Source: Gammaproteobacteria bacterium (GTDB taxonomy: Bacteria; Pseudomonadota; Gammaproteobacteria; Steroidobacterales; Rariloculaceae). From it: a stretch of DNA of 64,000 bases. The position numbers were made by a program, and so were the translations under genes. Each line of letters begins with the position of its first letter. Within the stretch, counting starts at the first letter, position 1. The notes under the pieces are model-generated. The model saw nothing but the letters and a program-made list of their open reading frames with translations, made no database searches and was not told where the DNA came from. The stretch is from assembly GCA_022820625.1 (NCBI GenBank), contig JAJEFE010000077.1, forward strand, positions 96,126 through 160,125, given 5' to 3'. This document shows positions 1 through 7,709 of this stretch, piece after piece.

Positions 1-1
1 C

Positions 2-1657
2 TCAAGCTTCAGGGGCATTCACGAGTCCATCGTCAACTATGGCGGCAACCAGGCCCCGGAGCTGCTGACCTGCGTTCATGAGGAGCAGGCGGCCGCGATG
101 GCGCATGGCTACTACAAGGTCACCGGACGTCCGCTGGGCGTGCTGTGCCACGGGACGGTGGGTTTGCAGCATGCGTCCATGGCGGTCTACAACGCCTGGT
201 GCGACCGCACGCCGATGATCCTGCTCGCCGGCAACCATCTTGACGCCACCGAGCGCCGCGCGGGCGTGGAGTGGTCGCATTCGGCCCAGGACTGCGTACG
301 CGTGGTGCGCGACTACATCAAGTGGGACGATACGCCGTTCTCGCTGCAGCACTTCGCGGAGTCCATGGCCCGTGCGTACAGGATCGCCATGACGCCGCCC
401 ATGGGGCCGGTGGCCGTGGTAATCGACGGACACCTGCAGGAGGGTGAGGTCGGCGATCACGCTCACGAACTGCTGCCGGTGACGCCGGTGCAACCCCCCG
501 TAGGTGACGAGGCCGCGATCGCCGAAGCAGCTCGCTGGCTGGTGGAAGCGGAGTCGCCGGTCATCGTTGCCGACCTGATGGCCCATGACCAGGAGGGCGT
601 GGAGCGGCTGGTCGCGCTGGCGGAGGCGTTGCAGGCTCCGGTGGTCAACCAGTACGGACGGATGAACTTCCCCAACACCCACTACCTTTCACAGGGCGCA
701 GGCGCGGTTGCGCAGGCCGATGTGGTGCTGGGGCTGGAGCTGTTCGATACCTGGGGCGTCATCAATACGCTCCGCGACCGCGTGCACCGCGACGCCGTGC
801 GCAGGGTACGCCCCGACGCGCGAGTGATCAGTATCGGGACAAGCGACCTGTTCACCAAGTCCAATTACCAGAGCTTTCAGCGCTATTACCCGTCGGATCT
901 CGCCATCGCCGGGGATGCTCAGGCGACACTGCCGATTCTGACGGACGCGGTGCTCTCCAGCATGTTGCGGGCGCGGCGGGCAACCAACGCCGAGCGGGAA
1001 TCCCGCTGGCGGGACGCACACGCGCAAGCCAGGGAACTGGCCCTGAACGACGCCCGGTATGGCTGGGACGCCAGTCCGGTCAGCACATCGCGCCTGTACG
1101 CGGAGCTGTGGAACGTGGTGAAGGACAGGGATTGGGCGCTGGTGTCGGATGACAATATGCAAAGCCGCTGGGCGCGCCGGTTGTGGCCGATCGACAGGCA
1201 CTATCAGTATATCGGCCGCGCGGGCGGCGCCGGTCTTGGCTATGGAGCGCCGGCGGCCGTGGGCGCCGCGCTGGCTCACCGCGCTGAAGGCCGCATGGCG
1301 GTCAACGTCCAGCGGGACGGCGACATGATGTACACGCCGGGCGCCTTCTGGACTGCTGCATACCATGGGATACCGCTCCTGACGGTGACCCACAACAACC
1401 AGGGCTATCACCAGGAGTTCATGCATCTGCAGAGAATGGCTGCGCGACGGCAACGCGGAATCGACGGAAGTTCGTGGGTGGGCAACGAATTGCGCAACCC
1501 GGATATCGACCTGGCCCGGATCGCCGGCGCAATGGGCGTATGGTCGGAAGGCCCGATCACCGATCCCGAGGATCTCGGCCCGGCTCTGGCGCGGGCGGTA
1601 GAGGTGGTCGATGGCGGCGAGCCGGCCTTCGTCGACGTGCGCTGCCAGCCGAGATGA
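2..1657 (+). CDS. Thiamine-pyrophosphate-dependent enzyme (acetolactate synthase / benzoylformate decarboxylase superfamily), 5'-truncated by the window edge
   Basis: The frame is open to the window start (SSFRGIHESIVNYGGNQAPELLTCVHEEQAAAMAHGYYKVTGRPLGVLCHGTVGLQHA), typical of the TPP-enzyme N-terminal domain. The C-terminal GAGLGYGAPAAVGAALA ... RDGDMMY...THNNQGY resembles the TPP/Mg-binding GD(x)n-NN motif. Confidence 0.85.
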   Translation, partial: SSFRGIHESIVNYGGNQAPELLTCVHEEQAAAMAHGYYKVTGRPLGVLCHGTVGLQHASMAVYNAWCDRTPMILLAGNHLDATERRAGVEWSHSAQDCVRVVRDYIKWDDTPFSLQHFAESMARAYRIAMTPPMGPVAVVIDGHLQEGEVGDHAHELLPVTPVQPPVGDEAAIAEAARWLVEAESPVIVADLMAHDQEGVERLVALAEALQAPVVNQYGRMNFPNTHYLSQGAGAVAQADVVLGLELFDTWGVINTLRDRVHRDAVRRVRPDARVISIGTSDLFTKSNYQSFQRYYPSDLAIAGDAQATLPILTDAVLSSMLRARRATNAERESRWRDAHAQARELALNDARYGWDASPVSTSRLYAELWNVVKDRDWALVSDDNMQSRWARRLWPIDRHYQYIGRAGGAGLGYGAPAAVGAALAHRAEGRMAVNVQRDGDMMYTPGAFWTAAYHGIPLLTVTHNNQGYHQEFMHLQRMAARRQRGIDGSSWVGNELRNPDIDLARIAGAMGVWSEGPITDPEDLGPALARAVEVVDGGEPAFVDVRCQPR

Positions 1658-2034
1658 ACTTGAACCGGCGGTTCTCCCTGTCACCCGGACGCGGCATGCT
1701 GGTCATGTCGCTGTGGGCGCTGGGTACAGCGGTTGCATTCCCACAGGAACCGGACGACGACGAGGACACAAGGGAAGGTCGGGCGCTGTACGAAAGCCAC
1801 CAGTGCTGGCAGTGTCACGGGTACGAAGGGCAGGGCAGCGTGGCCGGCGTGCGGATCGCGCCGACGCTCTATCCCTATGAAGCGTTCGCCGTGCTGGTGC
1901 GGCATACGAACCTGATGCCGGCCTATTCGCCCAATGTGCTCAGCGAGGCGCAACTCCGCCAGATATACGCCTTTGTACTATCCATCCCGGAGCCGCCGCC
2001 GCTGGAAGAGATTCCGGAACTGGATTTCGACTAG
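1654..2034 (+). CDS. Small exported monohaem c-type cytochrome
   Basis: ATG 1654 overlaps the upstream stop (ATGA). Hydrophobic N-terminus MLVMSLWALGTAVAF. Single CWQCH haem motif, with a candidate Met ligand in NLMPAY. The longer ORF start at 1474 lies inside the TPP gene and was rejected. Confidence 0.8.
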   Translation: MNLNRRFSLSPGRGMLVMSLWALGTAVAFPQEPDDDEDTREGRALYESHQCWQCHGYEGQGSVAGVRIAPTLYPYEAFAVLVRHTNLMPAYSPNVLSEAQLRQIYAFVLSIPEPPPLEEIPELDFD

Positions 2035-2055
2035 GTACGTATTCGAGAATATAAT
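2026..2055 (+). promoter_or_regulatory. Candidate sigma70-type promoter in an AT-rich island (TTCGAC-N18-TATAAT)
   Basis: Perfect TATAAT at 2050-2055 and a -35-like TTCGAC at 2026-2031. Both lie in a roughly 55-bp very AT-rich stretch (2036-2090) just upstream of the amidohydrolase start. No clear Shine-Dalgarno precedes ATG 2087. Confidence 0.3.
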
Positions 2056-2086
2056 TTCATGTATAACAAATAGATATAAAATATAT

Positions 2087-3733
2087 ATGAGTGATCACAT
2101 GAATATCAGGCGTTTGATTGCATCTGGGTCCTGGATCCTCCTCGCGTCGACGGCAATGATTCTGGCGGCTTGCCAAACCGAACAGCCGAACTACGCCGAA
2201 CAGGTGCTTCGCAACGGCAGGATCCTGACGGTCGACAACGACTTTTCCATCGCCGAGGCCCTGGCGATTCAGGGCGAACGCATCGTTGCGGTAGGCAGCA
2301 ACGTCGACATCGAGGAACAAATCGGGCCCGGCACCGGGGTGATCGATCTTGGGGGCAGAACCGTCATCCCGGGCCTCATCGACAATCACATGCATTTCAT
2401 TCGCGCCGTGCAGCGCTGGAATCTGCAGGCACGGATCGACGGCGTGAATTCGAAACAGCAGGCGCTGGACATCATGGCCGCCAAGGCCGCATCGATGGAG
2501 CCCGGAGAGTGGTTGATGGTGCAAGGCGGCTGGCGGGAAAACCAGTTCGTCGACGGACCGAGCGCATTTACGTTGGAGGAACTCGACGCGGCAGCCCCTG
2601 AAAACCCGCTGTTCCTGCAGATCACGTACCAGTCGGTGTATGCCAACAGCCTGGCGCTGGAAGCGGTCGGCGTGTCCCCTGACGAGGGCGCCTACCATCG
2701 GGGCCCGCCGCTGATTTCCGGACAGCCTCCCTATGGATTGCTCAATGAGCAGATGCCTTCAGTCTCGCAGGAACAACTGGAACGGAACCTGTTCGACTTC
2801 ATCCATGAGCTCAATCGCGTCGGCCTGACGAGCGTCTACGATGTCGGCCGGCCACCGGAAGGGGATATCTCGCTGCTGGAACGCATGTCCACGGCGGACG
2901 AACCCTTGCCGCTGCGGGTCTGGCACACGCTCAAGTACGAGGCCTACGACCCCCAGGGCGCCGATGCTGCGGTCGCACTGGTGCAAAACAGTGCCCCGGA
3001 CAATGGCGATTACCTGGGGTTGCTCGGGTTGGGTGAACATATCTATCTACCCATGTTCGACAACCCCGGTACCACGGAGCGTTATTCCGACGAGATCATC
3101 GACGAGTTCATGAAGATCGCCATCGCTGCGGCCGAGGGCGGATTCCAGGTGCACGAGCACACCATGCAGGACGTCACGGTGCGGAGCCTGCTGGACAGGT
3201 ACGAGGAGTTGAACGAAACGATCCCGCTTGCGCCGCTGCGCTGGACGTTCATTCACGTATTCTCGTTGTCACCGGAAAGCATCGAAAGGATCAGGGCGCT
3301 GGATATGACGATCGCCGTGCACAGCGTCGCCTCTCTGGCTGAGGCCAGAGTGCCGTTGCGCGATATTCAGGATGGCGGAGTCGTCTGGGGGCTCGGCACG
3401 GACGCGACCATCGTGGCGCACTATCAGCCCTTCATCACGCTGGGCTGGGCCGTAACCGGCAAGAACGTTTCCGGCAATACGGTTCTGGACCAGACCGTGA
3501 GCCGTGAGGAAGCGCTCATCGCGCACACTCGCGCCAACGCCTGGCTGCTGTTCAAGGAAGATGATCTGGGTACGCTGGAGGCGGGCAAGTTTGCGGATCT
3601 GGTGGTGTTGGACCGGGATTACATGACCATCCCGGAAGACGAGATTTTCGACATAGAGCCGGTACTGACCATGGTGGGCGGGCGAATCGCTTACGATGGC
3701 ATCGGCGCATCGGGTGCGGCGATTGACGAATAG
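2087..3733 (+). CDS. Amidohydrolase-family (amidohydrolase_3 / metal-dependent TIM-barrel hydrolase) lipoprotein
   Basis: Lipobox MILAAC. VIPGLIDNHMHFIRAV metal-binding HxH region. C-terminal GTLEAGKFADLVVLDRD is typical of this family. Paralog of 12093-13742. Confidence 0.85.
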   Translation: MSDHMNIRRLIASGSWILLASTAMILAACQTEQPNYAEQVLRNGRILTVDNDFSIAEALAIQGERIVAVGSNVDIEEQIGPGTGVIDLGGRTVIPGLIDNHMHFIRAVQRWNLQARIDGVNSKQQALDIMAAKAASMEPGEWLMVQGGWRENQFVDGPSAFTLEELDAAAPENPLFLQITYQSVYANSLALEAVGVSPDEGAYHRGPPLISGQPPYGLLNEQMPSVSQEQLERNLFDFIHELNRVGLTSVYDVGRPPEGDISLLERMSTADEPLPLRVWHTLKYEAYDPQGADAAVALVQNSAPDNGDYLGLLGLGEHIYLPMFDNPGTTERYSDEIIDEFMKIAIAAAEGGFQVHEHTMQDVTVRSLLDRYEELNETIPLAPLRWTFIHVFSLSPESIERIRALDMTIAVHSVASLAEARVPLRDIQDGGVVWGLGTDATIVAHYQPFITLGWAVTGKNVSGNTVLDQTVSREEALIAHTRANAWLLFKEDDLGTLEAGKFADLVVLDRDYMTIPEDEIFDIEPVLTMVGGRIAYDGIGASGAAIDE

Positions 3734-3766
3734 GCCGGCATTGGACAAGTTGCGAGGTTGTTCGCC

Positions 3767-4900
3767 ATGACCAGAAAACTGATTTTATCGTTGAGCGCGT
3801 CGTTGCTGGTGTCGACCACTGTCTCTTCGCAGGAGGCTGTACCGGACGCCAATCCACTGGACGGTATCGACATTCGCGTGACCGGGGAGATGGTGAAGGC
3901 AGCCCAGGCGATTCTGGAGAGTACGCGCGACGGCGTACCACAGCAGGGCGATCGGGACGCGGGCACCAACCGTGTCGAGCGCATGGTGGGGTACTCGAGG
4001 GAAGCGCTTCTCAGCCTGCCGGCGGAAGACGAGGCCAAGCGGGACTGGGTGTACTGGCCACGGTTCCGGGTCGGGCTGACGCTGGAATACATGACCGCCG
4101 AGCAGCGGATGCTGGTTCACGATTTCCTGCAGACATCGTTGAGCGCGGTCGGCTACCTGAAGACCGTCCACGTGATGCAGACAGAGGAAATTCTCAACCT
4201 CTGGGAGGATATCGGCTTGCCGCGGGGCAACGAAAAGTACTGGCTTGTATTCTTTGGAACGCCGTCAATGGATGAGCCCTGGGCGTGGCGGTTTGAGGGC
4301 CACCACGTGTCGCTGAACGTGTCCGTGGCGCCCGGGAGCGTGCGAGTCACTCCCACGTTTTTCGGGGCCGATCCGGCCGAGGTGCCCCAGGGGCCCATGG
4401 CGGGCTTCCGACCTCATGCGGCCGTGGAGGATCTGGGCCGTACGCTGATACTGAGCATGGATGCGCCCCAGCGGGAGGTCGCTATCGTCGACGACCAGGC
4501 GCCGCGCGAGATTTTTGCGACCAATCTTGGCCGTCCCCGAGACGACTGGGATGCCTGGAAGCAGGCCCTGCAGCCCGAGGGCGTCGCCGTTGAGGATCTT
4601 CGGCCGGAACAACGCCACATGGTTCAGCGTCTCCTTGACGAGGTCGTCAGGACGTATCGTCCCGAAATCTCCGAGGCGTACCTGAATACCATCGATGTCG
4701 ACGACCTGAGTTTTGCCTGGATGGGAAGTACCAACCGGCGCGAACCCCACTATTACCGCCTTCAAGGCGTCGACTTCGTATTCGAATACGATAATGTTCA
4801 GGACAATGCCAACCACATTCACACGGTCTGGCGGAGCAAGAGCGGCGATTTCGGGGATGACCTGTTATCCAGGCACTATCAGAGCGCGCATCTCCCGTAA
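3767..4900 (+). CDS. Exported hypothetical protein, DUF3500-like
   Basis: Signal peptide MTRKLILSLSASLLVSTTVSSQEA. The WAWRFEGHHVSLNV core matches my recollection of DUF3500. ATG 3767 was chosen over TTG 3758 because of a GAGG 9 nt upstream. Confidence 0.6.
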   Translation: MTRKLILSLSASLLVSTTVSSQEAVPDANPLDGIDIRVTGEMVKAAQAILESTRDGVPQQGDRDAGTNRVERMVGYSREALLSLPAEDEAKRDWVYWPRFRVGLTLEYMTAEQRMLVHDFLQTSLSAVGYLKTVHVMQTEEILNLWEDIGLPRGNEKYWLVFFGTPSMDEPWAWRFEGHHVSLNVSVAPGSVRVTPTFFGADPAEVPQGPMAGFRPHAAVEDLGRTLILSMDAPQREVAIVDDQAPREIFATNLGRPRDDWDAWKQALQPEGVAVEDLRPEQRHMVQRLLDEVVRTYRPEISEAYLNTIDVDDLSFAWMGSTNRREPHYYRLQGVDFVFEYDNVQDNANHIHTVWRSKSGDFGDDLLSRHYQSAHLP

Positions 4901-4923
4901 CTGTCCGGTCCGGGTCGCGATGG

Positions 4924-7164
4924 ATGATGACCCGCATGGATGACCGGACGGCAGTCAGGAGGCACTGCAGAGGTGGGGTTCCGATTTGCCTCGTAGGGCT
5001 GCTGGTGCCGGCCGTATGGACGGCGCAGGCGCAAGAGCCCGTGGCGACAGGCGAGATCAAGACCGCGGAGGCCGTTCGCACCGACGAGCCTATCAGCATC
5101 GACGGGCGACTGGACGAAAACGCCTGGAACGACGCCACGGTCATCACGGACCTCCACCAGATCCTCCCGGTCGAATACTCCGAGCCGTCACAGCATACGG
5201 AGTTTCTTGTCCTCTACGACGACGACGCGCTCTACCTGGCGGCCCGCATGTACGACGATCAGCCCGACCGCGTGGTGGCCAAGGTCCTGCGGCAGGGAGG
5301 CATGTCCTGGCTGGACGATCAGTTCAACATCATTCTGGATCCGTTCAACGACAAGCGCAGCGGATACCGCTTCCAGGTCAATCCGAACGGGGTCTGGGAA
5401 GAGGGGCTTTTCAGGGGCGGCGACCAGATGCAGTGGGAATGGAGCGGCATCTGGCAGGCGTCGGCATCCCGGAACGATGAGGGCTGGGTCGCCGAGACGC
5501 GCATCCCCTTCAAGACGGTTTCGTTCCATCCGGACAACGACACCTGGGGCATCAACTTCAACCGCAGAATCGCCCGTAACAACGAATCTGTAGGCTGGGT
5601 ATCCCGGAACCGCACCCAGAATCCGGGTGTTGCAGGAGAAATCACCGGTCTTGTGGGTCTGGATCAGGGACTCGGTCTGGATGTCGTGCCATCCGTGACC
5701 GCAAACAGCCGGCGCGGGTTTTCTTCCGGCACGGAGGACTCCGAATTCGAGCCCTCGCTGGATCTCTTCTACAAGGTCACACCGGCCCTGAACGCATCCC
5801 TGACGGTGAATACCGATTTCTCCTCCACCGAAGTGGACGATCGACAGGTCAATTTGACCCGGTTCGGGCTGTTTTTTCCCGAGAGGCGGGACTTCTTCCT
5901 GCAGGATGCGGATATTTTCGAGTTCGGCCGCATCGGTCAGCGGGAGCAGGGCTCGACCTTCGAAAGGCCGCTGGCCGAGAACGCCCGGCCGTTTTTTTCG
6001 CGCACCATCGGGTTGAGCGCCCGGGGCCAGCCGGTGGACCTTGAGGCCGGCGGCAAGCTCAGCGGCCGGGTGGGCCGCTGGAACCTGGGGGCACTGGCGA
6101 TTCAGCAGGACGAGTTCGAAGGCGTGGAGGCCAAGGACCTCTTCGTCGGCAGAATGGCCGCAAACGTCCTGGAAGAATCCGCCGTGGGTCTCATCGTCAC
6201 CGACGGCGACCCGCAATCGAATGCCGACAACAGCCTGGCCGGCATCGATTTCCGATACCAGAATACGCGTCTGCCGAATGGCAGAACGATCGAATCTGAA
6301 ATCTGGTACCAAAAGACCGAGACGGAAGGATTGGACGGCGACGACGGCGCCTGGGGTGCGCGTTTCTGGATGCCGAACAATGCCGGACTTCGGGGAGGCG
6401 TCGGGCGGAAGGAAGTTCAGCGGAACTTCAACCCCGCATTGGGTTATCTCAATCGCCGCGATATCCGCGATACGACTGGCGAATTCGGATATACCCACCG
6501 TCCGACCGGGTCTTACGTGCGGTCGGTCTATACGGGCGCGACATTCCAGCGGATCGAGCGCTTGACGGGCGGCTTGCAGAGCGAGGCAACGAATTTTCGC
6601 GTAAGACTGGAGAACCAGACCGGCGACACCCTGGCGTTCCTTGCCCAAATCGAGCGCGAGGGTCTTGTCGAGCCGTTCGAGATATCACGCGGCATCGTCA
6701 TTCCCGTCGGGGAATATGCCTTCGACTTGTACGGTGTCGCTCTGGTCACGGGACCCCACCGACGGCTGGTGGCGAACATCAGGGCTGGCGGGGGCAAGTT
6801 CTATGACGGCAATCGCAGGACCGTCAACATGCAATTGGAATGGACGCCCATCCCGCAGTTCAGGACCCTCATTGCCTACGACCACAACGACATCGAACTC
6901 CCCCAGGGCGATTTCGTTCGCCGATTGGCGCGAATCGGGATCGACTACATTCATTCCTCCAGGCTCTCCTGGGTAAACCTGGTGCAGTACAGCAACGACA
7001 CGGAGGTCGCCGGCATCAACAGTCGCATCCACTGGATACCCGAGGCGGGGCGGGAACTGTTCGTCGTCCTCAATCACAATCTGGAAGATCCTGACCTGGA
7101 TAACCGCTTCCATTCGTCTTTCGCGGACCTGTCCGTACAATACCGGCATACGTTCAGGTTCTGA
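4924..7164 (+). CDS. Exported CBM9-like / DUF5916-type large protein (probable outer-membrane or cell-surface)
   Basis: The N-terminal IDGRLDENAWNDATVITDLHQILPVEYSEPSQHTEFLVLYDDDALYLAARMYD pattern is typical of carbohydrate-binding-family-9-like domains fused to DUF5916. Ends in a beta-barrel-like ...YRHTFRF. Confidence 0.65.
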   Translation: MMTRMDDRTAVRRHCRGGVPICLVGLLVPAVWTAQAQEPVATGEIKTAEAVRTDEPISIDGRLDENAWNDATVITDLHQILPVEYSEPSQHTEFLVLYDDDALYLAARMYDDQPDRVVAKVLRQGGMSWLDDQFNIILDPFNDKRSGYRFQVNPNGVWEEGLFRGGDQMQWEWSGIWQASASRNDEGWVAETRIPFKTVSFHPDNDTWGINFNRRIARNNESVGWVSRNRTQNPGVAGEITGLVGLDQGLGLDVVPSVTANSRRGFSSGTEDSEFEPSLDLFYKVTPALNASLTVNTDFSSTEVDDRQVNLTRFGLFFPERRDFFLQDADIFEFGRIGQREQGSTFERPLAENARPFFSRTIGLSARGQPVDLEAGGKLSGRVGRWNLGALAIQQDEFEGVEAKDLFVGRMAANVLEESAVGLIVTDGDPQSNADNSLAGIDFRYQNTRLPNGRTIESEIWYQKTETEGLDGDDGAWGARFWMPNNAGLRGGVGRKEVQRNFNPALGYLNRRDIRDTTGEFGYTHRPTGSYVRSVYTGATFQRIERLTGGLQSEATNFRVRLENQTGDTLAFLAQIEREGLVEPFEISRGIVIPVGEYAFDLYGVALVTGPHRRLVANIRAGGGKFYDGNRRTVNMQLEWTPIPQFRTLIAYDHNDIELPQGDFVRRLARIGIDYIHSSRLSWVNLVQYSNDTEVAGINSRIHWIPEAGRELFVVLNHNLEDPDLDNRFHSSFADLSVQYRHTFRF

Positions 7165-7224
7165 CACGCTCAATTTGCCAAGCAGATACTGAATTATGGT
7201 TCGTATCTATCTAATTTTAACGGA

Positions 7225-7551
7225 GTGCGCACGATCTACGTGGTAGGCGAGGGCGGCCCGGTGCGGCCTCGAATGGGCCGTTCGGTGGGGCGGTGGGAGG
7301 GACGTACGCTGGTTGTAGAGACGACGGACATGGAATGGCGTTACGTGGACGACCTGGGTACCCCTCAGAGCGAGGACGCGGTCATTGAGGAACGCTTCGC
7401 AATGAGCGAGGACGGTGTCCGCCTCGACTGGGAAGCCCGGATTGCCGACCCGGTCAATTACACCGAACCGGTGGTGATGGAAGGCGCCTGGACCTGGGTC
7501 CCGGGTCACGAGATCATGCCGTTCAACTGCGAGTTGCCGGAGAGCGGCTGA
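7225..7551 (+). pseudogene. 5'-truncated remnant of the GRWE/Cys-pair C-module family (paralog of 17572, 21110, 37982)
   Basis: VRTIYVVGEGGPVRPRMGRSVGRWEGRTLVVETTDME...PFNCELP aligns only with the C-terminal half of the 21110 protein (VRRIFMDGRQAP..GFSVGRWEGNTLVVRTTHL...EYECFS). It lacks a signal peptide, the first conserved Cys and an N-module. An AT-rich junction (7165-7224) precedes it. Confidence 0.55.
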
Positions 7552-7709
7552 ACTGAAAGCCCCGGCAAAGTTCTCGCGCGTGGCGTGGCTGCCGCCCAAT
7601 GCCCGCCGTCCGGTCTCTCGCCGGTCCGTGAAATGCGGGAAAGGCGCGACCGCCGCTGTCGGTCGAATGCCAGGCGGCCGCGCCGGTTGTCAGTCCCTGA
7701 ATCTGAGGG

